Shown piece by piece: positions 24,348-33,680 of a DNA stretch of 53,817 bases (positions within the stretch are counted from its first letter, which is position 1; each line of letters starts with the position of its first letter). The notes beneath the pieces are model-generated. The model saw only the letters and a list, made by a program, of their open reading frames with translations, searched no databases and had not been told where the DNA came from. The stretch spans positions 1 to 53,817 of the forward strand of contig JAPLVS010000079.1 of the NCBI GenBank assembly GCA_026396995.1, given 5' to 3'. A program made the position numbers and the translations under genes. This DNA is from Candidatus Iainarchaeum sp. (GTDB lineage: Archaea; Iainarchaeota; Iainarchaeia; Iainarchaeales; DTGL01).

Positions 24348-24728
24348 TTATTTGAATATTCCCATGAATTTTGCGATGAATGTTTTTGCCGCGCTTCCCA
24401 CTCTTTCCCTTATCCCTGTTTTTTTGGTTTCCATTGCCCAGACTTTTTTCTGCTCCCAGAGGTCGTCACCGGCCTTTTTGCCCAAGACATTCAATCCCTC
24501 GCCTATGACCGCTTTAGAGGGATAGGTCGGGTTGGCTTTATCCATGTCGGAGTAAACCTTTGAGGCGGATTTCTTGATTTTTTCCCCGGAATACTTTCCG
24601 GCCCTGTAAATAAAGGTGCCGGCCAGGATGAAAGCGCCGCCCAAAAAAAACAGGAGCGAAAAGAAAAGTTCCCCGAGGGCAAAGCAAACGATTGCGAAAA
24701 AGAAAAGCCCCAATGCCATTGCAAGCAT
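24348..24728 (-). CDS. small membrane protein with amphipathic soluble tail (hypothetical)
   Basis: 126 aa, ATG start, two N-terminal TM helices and a Lys-rich C-terminal half. Confidence 0.6.
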   Translation of the reverse strand: MLAMALGLFFFAIVCFALGELFFSLLFFLGGAFILAGTFIYRAGKYSGEKIKKSASKVYSDMDKANPTYPSKAVIGEGLNVLGKKAGDDLWEQKKVWAMETKKTGIRERVGSAAKTFIAKFMGIFK

Positions 24729-24736
24729 TGCCTCAC

Positions 24737-25090
24737 CTACATTGGCCCGCCCATGCCGCCGCCACCCATTCCGCCCATCATGCCGCCCATGTCCCCGCCC
24801 ATTCCCCCGCCGAGGTCAGGCGCATAATATTCGGGCTGCTGGGGCTTCTGCCTGAATTCCATGATAAGCGATAAGATGACAAGCCCGAAAATCAGCAGAG
24901 GCCAGTAGGCTTTAGCGTAATCCTGCGTGAAATAAATGACGCCGAGAGCCAGAATCATGAGGAATGCCGTGGAAAGCGAGCGCGTGGAAAGAATGACAAG
25001 GATTACAGTGCCGAAAATCAGCCAGGCCTGGTCGAACTGCAGGAACATCATCATCAGAATTATTGAAATCATGAGGGTGAGCGTGTCCAT
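24737..25090 (-). CDS. small 4-TM membrane protein with Gly/Met-rich C-terminal tail
   Basis: ATG at 25090 ('MDTLTLMISIILMMMF'). The C-terminus is 'DLGGGMGGDMGGMMGGMGGGGMGGPM'. Confidence 0.65.
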   Translation of the reverse strand: MDTLTLMISIILMMMFLQFDQAWLIFGTVILVILSTRSLSTAFLMILALGVIYFTQDYAKAYWPLLIFGLVILSLIMEFRQKPQQPEYYAPDLGGGMGGDMGGMMGGMGGGGMGGPM

Positions 25091-25098
25091 GTTTACCA

Positions 25099-25362
25099 CT
25101 AATACTTGTAGAAGTCTTTCTGCGTTTCGCCCTTGCCGACCTTTTCAAACATGCCGGCAAAAAAGAAGGCAAGGAAAAAGAAAGCGAGAGGCGCCCATAT
25201 AAGTTCAGGGAACTGGAAAAATGTGAGGTAAACAATGATTACAGCGACAAGCACCGCGAGAACCACGTTCCCAAGCTGCCTTTTTGCCCAGGCATAAATC
25301 CAGATAAGATATACGAGCCCGAGCACTAACTGGATGTTCTGGAAAAAGTCACCGTAAACCAT
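25099..25362 (-). CDS. small 3-TM membrane protein (hypothetical)
   Basis: 87 aa, ATG start. Its stop codon abuts the next gene. Confidence 0.55.
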   Translation of the reverse strand: MVYGDFFQNIQLVLGLVYLIWIYAWAKRQLGNVVLAVLVAVIIVYLTFFQFPELIWAPLAFFFLAFFFAGMFEKVGKGETQKDFYKY

Positions 25363-25507
25363 TTTGCTCCCACAGAATAATGCATTAACAGCAATAAATT
25401 CTTTTCTATACGGCCCAAAGCCGTTTTATGGCAACCATTGCAGTTCCGGGCAATCAATTCTTTTCTATGCGGCTTAAGGCCGTTTAATGCCGTTATTGCC
25501 TTTTTGC

Positions 25508-25840
25508 CTACTTTCTCCTGTTCATCACAGTGTTTGTTCCCCACACTATGACTGCAAGGAAGTTGAATGCCATAAGGACATAGAAAAACACGTAAAGCGA
25601 GGCTGTCATATAGCCCCATTTTATGACAAGCAGGTAAACCAGGACACCGCTGATTACAAGCGTCAGGTTGCCTGCCCCGAGATAGCCGCGGACAGTGGTG
25701 AAAATAGTGAAGGTGAGCAATACCCGCATCAGAAGGTTCGCTATCGGGAAGAAAAACATTATCACAGGCGGCAAAAGGCACAACACCAGGAAACCGAGGA
25801 GAATCCACAAAATAAGCATTTTACCATGCCTCCGCTGCAT
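25508..25840 (-). CDS. small 4-TM membrane protein (hypothetical)
   Basis: 110 aa, with ATG at 25840 or 25819. Confidence 0.55.
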   Translation of the reverse strand: MQRRHGKMLILWILLGFLVLCLLPPVIMFFFPIANLLMRVLLTFTIFTTVRGYLGAGNLTLVISGVLVYLLVIKWGYMTASLYVFFYVLMAFNFLAVIVWGTNTVMNRRK

Positions 25841-25863
25841 TCAAGAAAACCATTTTTCCCATA

Positions 25864-26373
25864 TCATCGCCCCATGGGCCTCTGCGGCTGTGCAGGCATC
25901 GGCCTTGCACCGCCAGGCCCCCCGCCTGGAGCGCCACCTGGGCCTCCGCCCTGGTGCATCATTGCGCCAGGCTGCACCGGCATGCCCTGGCCTCCGCCCA
26001 TCTTGTGCATCTCATTTGCTGCCTGCAGTTCATGGGCTCTCCTGGCATATTCGGTGGCATCCATTTCCGGATGCTCCGACTTCCCTCCGCCCCCCATATT
26101 GCTGACAAAGAAGAAGTCAACCAAAACTCCTGAAATGCCGAGAGTGAGAAGTGTGTAAAGGATGAAAATTCCGCCGAAAAACTTCCAGTAATCGAACAAT
26201 ACAAACCAGCAGATGCCGCCTATAAGCGCATATGAAAGTGGGCTCTTGCCCAGGTGCGTGAACACAAAGGAAACCACTGTCAGGAGCGCGAAAATCTTCA
26301 ATGCCAGGTTGAGGTCGTTGAACATCTCGCCTATGAACAGCACTGCTGTCATTGCGCCGACAAATGACTGCAT
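25864..26373 (-). CDS. 4-TM membrane protein with Gly/Met/Pro-rich C-terminal tail
   Basis: 169 aa, ATG start. The tail is 'SNMGGGGKSEHPEM...HKMGGGQGMPVQPGAMMHQGGGPGGAPGGGPGGARPMPAQPQRPMGR'. Confidence 0.65.
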   Translation of the reverse strand: MQSFVGAMTAVLFIGEMFNDLNLALKIFALLTVVSFVFTHLGKSPLSYALIGGICWFVLFDYWKFFGGIFILYTLLTLGISGVLVDFFFVSNMGGGGKSEHPEMDATEYARRAHELQAANEMHKMGGGQGMPVQPGAMMHQGGGPGGAPGGGPGGARPMPAQPQRPMGR

Positions 26374-26492
26374 GAAATAAGAGTAATTAAAACTTATATA
26401 AATTGATTTGCTTTGGTGTTTTTCCTGCTTATGCTTTTTTCCAGGAAGCCTTTAACAAAATTGATTTGCTTTCCTGGCCTTGGGCGCAAAAC

Positions 26493-29400
26493 TTATTCTT
26501 CCGGCCCTATACAGGTTTTTCCTGGCAAAAGCGATAACTCGAAATCCGTCACGCCAAGCTTTGCGCCCTTGAAGTCCTTCAATGCCTTGGGGTTCCACCA
26601 GAAAGAGCTCTTCGAGCCAGAATTTGTCACGCAGACGCTTCCCTCTCCGACCATGTCAAGGATCCTTTCGACAGATGCAATCGGGTCGCTGTTGCCTTTC
26701 GAATTGTTCGCCATCCCCGTGATGCCCTTGGCTTCGACTGTTTTTATTTCCCCGGAATCAGGGGACATGAAAGTGCATCCGGAATCCGCGGTTACCGAAT
26801 AGGCTTTTTCAAGCGGGGTGTAGAAAATCGAGTAAAGGTACAGGGTGCCGCTGTAGGCAACCGCATCCCAGGAAAGCTTGTAGGACTTGTCGCCGGCGCG
26901 CGAATCCGCGTATGAATCGAACACTTCCCTTATCGGAACTCCTGAAAAGTCCGCGCATTTCCCAAGCCCTGTCCAGAACGAAAGGTTGTTGCCTGCAATG
27001 GCAGGCTGCCCGCCCTCAACGAAAGTGAACTGCGCGTTAAGTGCCTTCCCTTTCTCGCCTGTCGCCTTCAATATTACCGGCGTCGCATAGCTTGGCGAGA
27101 ACACAAGCAAAGGCTCCGAACCCTGCACTTCAACCGCAAGGACATTGCCTCTTGTCGCAGCCGAGCTGTTCAACTGCTTTAAGTCCTGCTGTTTCTTTGT
27201 GCTCATTGTCGCCAGCGCCTTTGAAGCGCTTGAGGTCGTGGTGCGCACATCATAGGGCGCGCTGCAAACCGGAATATCCTCGTTTTCGTTCACATAGTTC
27301 AGGCCGTAATCCTGCCTGCCGTTCTCTGTGTTCAAGCCGACCAAGCCGTCGAACGGCAGGTAATAGAATGCGGAATTCACAACCGGCTCGTTCACCTTAT
27401 AGAATTCAACTGTTATTTTTCCCTTGGGCTTGCCGTCAGCATAAAGGCTCCAGTTGCCTGAATTGAAATCGATTGTTATGTATACCTCGTACACTCCCGG
27501 TCCCGGCAGGATTGCATCATTGGCATATTTCTGCTTGAATTTCATTCTTTCGGCATCCCTGAAATAATCCGATAACTGGTTGTTTGAGCCCGAATAGAAC
27601 CATGAGGGCACGTCGAAGAAGGTTGTGCCTGAATAATATGCGGCGAAATCGCTCTGGAAGTCAGCACCATAGCCGTCCTTTACCAGCGTGGCCTTGAACT
27701 CAAACAAAGAGCGCAGGTAAGCGATTTTTTCAGCCTCTGTCGACCCCTGCCATCCTGAAGGCCAATTAATGTTATTATTTTTTATCAATTCTCCGACGCC
27801 CGGTATTGTCTTATCAATGAAATAGAGCAGTGAGGCCCTGCCCTCTATTTGTTTGGTTGAAAGCGGCAGCCAGCAGTCGGTTGTGGCGGCGGTATTGAGG
27901 AATCCGACTGCCAATTGAGTGTCATCCTTATCACCAGGGGCGGCCTCTTCAATTGTTGCAACCGCGAAATAAGGTTCGATATTGCTTTCAGCCAGGTTTT
28001 CGAAGGAGCAGGACATCTGTTCACTTGCATTTGCCCCTGCTGTTTTCGTTTCCTCACAGCTCTCATTGTACGAATCGCCTCTTGCAAGCGTGATTTTTAT
28101 TTTTACGCTTTGGCTTTGCGTTGTTTTGTTTTCGGCACTCACAATTATCGTGGCCTTGTCCGCTTCGCTGCTAAGCGTTTGGGATATGGCGCTCAAACCG
28201 ACTGTATTGCTGCTGACTGCATGGGTGCTCTTTTCCTTGTTGGTTTTTACCAGGTAATCCGAGAGCAGGAATGTGTTCGGGTTCGGCGGGCACTGCAGCG
28301 AATAACCGTTTGCGCTGAGGAATTCATCGATTTTTTTGATTCTTTTGCTCAATGCAATGCTGAACTGTGTGGCGTCGCAGTAAACCCCGTTTTTGTTTGT
28401 TGCATCACAGTCGCTTGCCGCAATCCCTTTGCCTTCTGCCCAGCCCCAGTTGAATTTCACTCTTGGCCTTGCGTCTTTTCCAGTAATTCCAATCTTAGAG
28501 CCATCAACGCAGGAATAAAAGTCCTCGAGCGGAGGAAGCTCAAAATCCACGCTTTCTTTCGTTTCAAATTTCAAATGGAATGCTTGGGAGTATGTGCCTG
28601 TTGAATCTGGAATGTTGAACGGCCCGAAGTTCGGCTCGGTGGTTGAAAATTCCGGCTTTTTGTGGGTTACGTCTCCGTGGATGTGCTCAGTTGCGCTTAC
28701 CTTTAATACGCCGTAGCTTTCAATGGCAGACGCTGATTTCGAATCGTTTTCCAAATCTATTGCAATGGTCTCTTCTTTGTCAGAAATAACCAGGCTGGTG
28801 TTTGAAGTGTTTTGGATTGCCTTGAACGGAACGTCGAACAGCTCAAGGGTTTTCAGGTCGCCGCCAGCGAGGTTAACGACATAGTCATCGAAGATAGGGG
28901 AAACAGACACAATGTCGCATTGTGCCCCCTGGGTTGAAAGCCAATAGAACAAAGCTATCACCGCGGCTGCGGCTGCTACTCCCCAGCATGGCGGCCCACA
29001 GGTTAGGCCCAACAAAGTCAGGCTTATGTCCGAGGCTGCAACTGCACTGTATGCCGAAATTGCCGGGGCTATGCCTGCAACCAGCAGCGCCGGGTCATCG
29101 ATTTTGCTTTTTTGCCCGACAGTTGTCTGCATTACTTTATTTAAAACGCATTCTTTTGGAAGTTTCTTTGTGTCCTTACAGCTTTTGCACTCGGTGGTAT
29201 GGACTGTCACTGCTTCCATAAGCATGCTGTTCTTCAGTTCAACCGTGTCCTTCCAGTTCGTGTCTGCGCTGAGGAGCGCTTCGTACCTGTTCAGTGCGAA
29301 CCATTCGCCTGTTTCCGGTTCCACCAATAAATCGATTGTGCGCACGTTGCGGAAGGAAGTGTTTGAAAGCCTTGCCTTTACCGGTATTCCGTATAAGCCA

Positions 29401-32400
29401 GGGATGTCTTCCCTGTAGACTGTCACTGTCTGCTTCGGGCTTGACGCCTTGAGCGTGAATTCCATTGGCGTGAGCCTTATGCCGCCTTCCTGCGTGCCGC
29501 CCTTGCAGTACGGGTCGCCTGTGCAGAGCTGGACTGAAACATCTGCCTTGCATGCTGTGGCGTCAAGTTCAAAGGTCACTTCTTCCTTGTCTGCTGCAAG
29601 CTCGACTTTTTCGCCTGCGCCAGGCATCGAAATGCAGTCGTCAAGGTTCAGTGCAAGGATGCTTGCGCTGATTTTCACTTTCCCGTTGTTGATTTTCTGC
29701 ATGCCCTTGTCTGTCGCGGTTTCGGCGTCGAAAAGAATATTGAATTTCGAGGTTTCATTGATGTAGCCTGTTTTCGGCGTGAATGTCAGGATTGCATGGA
29801 ATGACCCGAATGTGTCCTTTCCCATTTCAGGCCAGAATGTAATCCATTCGCCTGCCTTCAGTACTTCTGTCACAGAAGCGCCGTCTGCATTGAAAATCGT
29901 GAGCTCGATTATGCCTGCTTTTTTGGAATCACCCGCCCATTCGAGCATTGCCTGCAGGTTTTTCACATCTGTTTTCTGCCCGCTTTTAGTGCACACATTG
30001 TAAATGTCGAATTCTGTCGAAGCGCGGTTGTTTGCGGTGGTCGCATCCCACTCAGGAACGTCAACGCCTTCGATGTTCACGCAAGGCGCGTTATCCGGAA
30101 GCCCACCCATTGAAACTGTTATGGTGACAGGAATCGATACCGCGTATTCCGCGAAAAACTTCTGGCTCCAGATTGACACTTCAAGTTCTCCTTTCAGGGT
30201 TTCATTGCCCTTCATGTAATCTTCGGCATTGATGGAAAGCACTGTTTTCAGCAATGCCATTTCCTGCGAGGAATTCGCCCCGATTTTTGCGTTTTTCCAG
30301 GAGTCAAGATAGGAGGCAACCGCCTCTTCGTTCAGGATGCCCTTGAAGTTTCCTTTCAGTGCCGCGCTTTTTATTGTGAATTCAGTGCCGCTGTTGTTTG
30401 TAAATGTCACGCTCAGTGTTTCCTCTGTTTTGCCTGTTGTCTGGAGCGCCGAGGAAAGCGTTTTCGGCGCAAATCCTATTGTGTCTTTTCCGACCGTGAT
30501 TTCGATTTTCTTTGGAACAAAACCTGTTTTTTCGCCCTCGATTTTGATTTTTGTAAGCGGAACCGAAGCCGGAATCTTGAACGTTGCCTCGCCTGTGCTG
30601 CCTGTGAGTTTTGAGAAAACCTGGTATAATCCATCGGGTGCCCCGCGCGTGATTTTCACAAGCGCGCCGGCTATTGCTGCGCCGCCGTCCTTTGCCTTCG
30701 CCTTGACCTTGAGGCTTGCCTCGGCGAAAGGCGCGATTTCAGCCGGTGTTGCCTCGAGCACCATTTCGTTTTTTGATGTAATCCTGAAATCTGTTTTTTC
30801 CTCGAACACGACCTGCTTGTCGCCTATGACCTGCACCAAAAACTGCGTGTCCGCGATGTTTCTCGGTGAAACAGCGATATTGAAGTTTATGTCCTTGGAG
30901 TACGTGAAATTGCCTAGATTTGCAAGCGAAAAGGTGAAATCCTCGATAGTTTGTGCAGAATAAGCCTTATTGGCATCATAAAAAATGAATGATTTTACCT
31001 TGAGGTCCTGTTTTTCTTCATCTCCATTGACGTTTTTTAGCACGAATCTTAGTTCATTGTAACTTTCCTTGGAGTTGTTCACAAGCGTGAAAATATAGTT
31101 ATAATCGCCTAAAACCAGCATGGAATAGGGCTTTTCCCTGAAAATGTCCTCCTGTTTGTCGTAGAGCCATTCGCCCATTATACAGAATTTCTTGCCGCAG
31201 AACGGCTTGGAGCCTTCAAAGAAAATCTGCGAGAATGCCTCGGCGTAAAGACCGTCTTTTGCAGCAACGCTTGAATTCCCGCCAAGCGCCGCATCATATG
31301 GCGTCCTCATTATGTTGCTGTCTTTCACGCTCCATGCGCGGTAATAGAATGCGAGTTTCGAGTTAGGGTATGTTGCCTCTTTCACCCATACCTCGATTGA
31401 AACATTATAGGTTCCACTCGAAGGCGCCAGCCATTCCGCATTCGCCCATTTTGCAATGTCTGTTGCAGGCTCTTCCGCAGCCTCGCCTTTCGGCGGAGTG
31501 TAAGTGCGCCCCAAAACAACAGAGCTGCTGTTCGGCGCATTCACTTTTGTGATGTATATCTGCTCCTCATCCAGCGACTGTTTTTCGCCTGCCCTGAAAT
31601 GGAATCCCGCGCTGGAAAGCTCGCTGTTGTTAGGGAAAGTGAGCGTGAATTTCAATTCATATGTTTTGCCTGCGCGCAGGCTTTCCGCTTTCACCCCGTT
31701 CTCGAATGCGCCCTTGAATTCGGCCAAGGGCTGCAGTATTTCGCCCTGCCTGCGCATGATTGCGGTTATCGGGAAAGTTTCTTCAGGCCACAGCTGGAAT
31801 GATTCTGTCTGGTAATCGAGATAGCCGGTTTTTGAGAAAACAAGGTATATTTTTTTGTCCGCTTTTATTGAATAAGTGAGTTCGCCGCTTGTGATAGGCA
31901 CTTTTCCCCCGGTCACTGAAACATTGTCCTGGTCGAATGCCTCGAAATATGTTTCAGGCAAAATTGCGCCGCTTGAATCCATTGTCTTGATGGCAAGGCT
32001 GCTGTTCCCGATAACAATCTGCACATCGAATTCGTTCAATGCCAGCGGGTCGATTTTTTTCGCGCCGGCCGCGCTTCCGCCCTGCGCCGGATACTTCAAT
32101 GCATAGGCGAATATTTCCTTTTCTATTGGGCCGAGATAGAATTCCGCGTTGCCGTCCGCATCAGTCAGCACATAATCTGTTTCCCCTGACAAAGGCACTA
32201 TCGCCCCTGTGGCCTTGTAGCGGAACATCACTTTTGCGTCCCTTACCGGAATGCCGTCCTCGTCCTTAACCCTCACGACTGCCCTGCCGAGCAAATCAGC
32301 AGTTATCTTTTGCAGGCTGAGCGTGATTTCAACATTCAGGTCGTTGACATCTGCAGAAGCAGGGAAATAGCCTTCGTTTACATTGCCGTCCTTTTTTGCT

Positions 32401-33602
32401 GTGACAGCATAGGCGCCGGCGTCATACAGCCTGAATACCGCCAGCCCGGCATTCTCCCCAGTATTCTTTTCGTCTATGGTTTTTCCGGCCTGGTCTGAAA
32501 GGATTACTGTTGCGTTCGCAATTGCCTGCCCGCTGCCTTTGTCCTGCACTTTCACTGTTATCGTGCCCTTGACTGTTTTCGAAACAACCAGGGTTTTTTC
32601 AAGTGTGACGCCTTTTTCAATGACAATGTTTTTGAATTCTGCGATGTCCACAAGGACATATTCCCCGTTGCTGTCTATGAAGGCCGCATTATATGTGCCA
32701 GTGGGCAGTTCAGGGAAGCTTATTATGCTGTAGCCCTGGCTTGATGCAGGAATTTTGTCGCCGTCCTTTTCAAGGACAATTGTGAAGTCTTTGCCTGTCA
32801 GGGCTTTGCCGTCAGTGCCGGTTATTTTGAACCTTGCGGCGCCTTTCGGCTTCTCTATTTTCTTCAGCACTATTACCTGGGTGCCGTCGCCGCTGAAGCT
32901 TCCTGTGCTTTCAGCTTCGTAGCCAGGCACATCCGCCGTGACTTTTATATCACTGCAGTTCTCGGGCAGTTCCACCTCTATCAGCCCGCTCCTGTTATCG
33001 TCTGATACAGAAAATTTGCGGCCGTCCTTGCACTCGATTGTTGCGGTGATGAGCAGGCCTTTTATCAGCCCGCCCTGCGCGTCCTCGAACCTGATGAGCC
33101 TTTTTTCAGGCGGCAGTTTCAGCAATTTGAGCGTGATGATTTCCTTGATGGCTGTTGCCCCGACCGAATAGGTTTTCTGGAATGCCTGGTAATCAGGGTC
33201 TTTCACTGAAACCTTTATGCTTGAATTCTGCGGCACCAAAAATGAAATTTTCCCCTCAGGGGAGGTGTTTATGTCTTTTGGGCTTTTGCCGGCATCGATT
33301 GAAACCGTAAGGTTTGCAATCTGCCTGTCGAGGTCGTCCCTGAAAATGAACACAGCGTTAACGTCTTTCTGCAAAGAAGTGCAGTCCTGAGGGCATGATG
33401 CCGCGGATTCGCCTGCCTGGCAGCTGCCGTCCCCGCAGGACACTGCGGGCTGTGTGAAAAAGAAGAATGCGGCAATCGCAACAATTGCAAGCGCGATTAT
33501 TATTATCGGGGGAAAGCCTATTTTTTCCTTGAGGTTCGCATAGGATTCGCCTATCGTGAAACTGAGGTCCTCAAGGTTTTCTTTCACTGGCATTTTTTCC
33601 AC
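26493..33602 (-). CDS. giant membrane-anchored surface protein, paralog 1 (2369 aa)
   Basis: Uninterrupted 7.1-kb ORF (GTG 33602 or ATG 33593, GGAG upstream). N-terminal TM helix 'PPIIIIALAIVAIAAFFFF'. It has repeated carboxypeptidase-regulatory-like beta-sandwich units, e.g. 'GTITVKVQDKGSGQAIANATVILSDQAGKTIDEKNTGENAGLAVFRLYDAGAYAVTAKKDG'. It shares the motifs YCDATQFSIAL (28350-28382) and FYYLPFDG (27346-27372) with the other two giants. Confidence 0.9.
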   Translation of the reverse strand: MEKMPVKENLEDLSFTIGESYANLKEKIGFPPIIIIALAIVAIAAFFFFTQPAVSCGDGSCQAGESAASCPQDCTSLQKDVNAVFIFRDDLDRQIANLTVSIDAGKSPKDINTSPEGKISFLVPQNSSIKVSVKDPDYQAFQKTYSVGATAIKEIITLKLLKLPPEKRLIRFEDAQGGLIKGLLITATIECKDGRKFSVSDDNRSGLIEVELPENCSDIKVTADVPGYEAESTGSFSGDGTQVIVLKKIEKPKGAARFKITGTDGKALTGKDFTIVLEKDGDKIPASSQGYSIISFPELPTGTYNAAFIDSNGEYVLVDIAEFKNIVIEKGVTLEKTLVVSKTVKGTITVKVQDKGSGQAIANATVILSDQAGKTIDEKNTGENAGLAVFRLYDAGAYAVTAKKDGNVNEGYFPASADVNDLNVEITLSLQKITADLLGRAVVRVKDEDGIPVRDAKVMFRYKATGAIVPLSGETDYVLTDADGNAEFYLGPIEKEIFAYALKYPAQGGSAAGAKKIDPLALNEFDVQIVIGNSSLAIKTMDSSGAILPETYFEAFDQDNVSVTGGKVPITSGELTYSIKADKKIYLVFSKTGYLDYQTESFQLWPEETFPITAIMRRQGEILQPLAEFKGAFENGVKAESLRAGKTYELKFTLTFPNNSELSSAGFHFRAGEKQSLDEEQIYITKVNAPNSSSVVLGRTYTPPKGEAAEEPATDIAKWANAEWLAPSSGTYNVSIEVWVKEATYPNSKLAFYYRAWSVKDSNIMRTPYDAALGGNSSVAAKDGLYAEAFSQIFFEGSKPFCGKKFCIMGEWLYDKQEDIFREKPYSMLVLGDYNYIFTLVNNSKESYNELRFVLKNVNGDEEKQDLKVKSFIFYDANKAYSAQTIEDFTFSLANLGNFTYSKDINFNIAVSPRNIADTQFLVQVIGDKQVVFEEKTDFRITSKNEMVLEATPAEIAPFAEASLKVKAKAKDGGAAIAGALVKITRGAPDGLYQVFSKLTGSTGEATFKIPASVPLTKIKIEGEKTGFVPKKIEITVGKDTIGFAPKTLSSALQTTGKTEETLSVTFTNNSGTEFTIKSAALKGNFKGILNEEAVASYLDSWKNAKIGANSSQEMALLKTVLSINAEDYMKGNETLKGELEVSIWSQKFFAEYAVSIPVTITVSMGGLPDNAPCVNIEGVDVPEWDATTANNRASTEFDIYNVCTKSGQKTDVKNLQAMLEWAGDSKKAGIIELTIFNADGASVTEVLKAGEWITFWPEMGKDTFGSFHAILTFTPKTGYINETSKFNILFDAETATDKGMQKINNGKVKISASILALNLDDCISMPGAGEKVELAADKEEVTFELDATACKADVSVQLCTGDPYCKGGTQEGGIRLTPMEFTLKASSPKQTVTVYREDIPGLYGIPVKARLSNTSFRNVRTIDLLVEPETGEWFALNRYEALLSADTNWKDTVELKNSMLMEAVTVHTTECKSCKDTKKLPKECVLNKVMQTTVGQKSKIDDPALLVAGIAPAISAYSAVAASDISLTLLGLTCGPPCWGVAAAAAVIALFYWLSTQGAQCDIVSVSPIFDDYVVNLAGGDLKTLELFDVPFKAIQNTSNTSLVISDKEETIAIDLENDSKSASAIESYGVLKVSATEHIHGDVTHKKPEFSTTEPNFGPFNIPDSTGTYSQAFHLKFETKESVDFELPPLEDFYSCVDGSKIGITGKDARPRVKFNWGWAEGKGIAASDCDATNKNGVYCDATQFSIALSKRIKKIDEFLSANGYSLQCPPNPNTFLLSDYLVKTNKEKSTHAVSSNTVGLSAISQTLSSEADKATIIVSAENKTTQSQSVKIKITLARGDSYNESCEETKTAGANASEQMSCSFENLAESNIEPYFAVATIEEAAPGDKDDTQLAVGFLNTAATTDCWLPLSTKQIEGRASLLYFIDKTIPGVGELIKNNNINWPSGWQGSTEAEKIAYLRSLFEFKATLVKDGYGADFQSDFAAYYSGTTFFDVPSWFYSGSNNQLSDYFRDAERMKFKQKYANDAILPGPGVYEVYITIDFNSGNWSLYADGKPKGKITVEFYKVNEPVVNSAFYYLPFDGLVGLNTENGRQDYGLNYVNENEDIPVCSAPYDVRTTTSSASKALATMSTKKQQDLKQLNSSAATRGNVLAVEVQGSEPLLVFSPSYATPVILKATGEKGKALNAQFTFVEGGQPAIAGNNLSFWTGLGKCADFSGVPIREVFDSYADSRAGDKSYKLSWDAVAYSGTLYLYSIFYTPLEKAYSVTADSGCTFMSPDSGEIKTVEAKGITGMANNSKGNSDPIASVERILDMVGEGSVCVTNSGSKSSFWWNPKALKDFKGAKLGVTDFELSLLPGKTCIGPEE

Positions 33603-33680
33603 TCGCTCCTGCTGCGGCAGGCAAAGCCATGCCCTGCCATAATTTTCTCGCCCAAAGTTAATAATCCTTTCTGAATGCGG

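Noticed and set aside
25326-26158. ORFs 25326-25808 (-) and 25487-26158 (+), the latter with a 'PGPPPGAPPGPPP' stretch.
   Set aside because: They are off-frame or antisense readings of the small membrane protein genes and of the Gly/Met/Pro-rich tail region. The hydrophobic-helix frames are far more protein-like.
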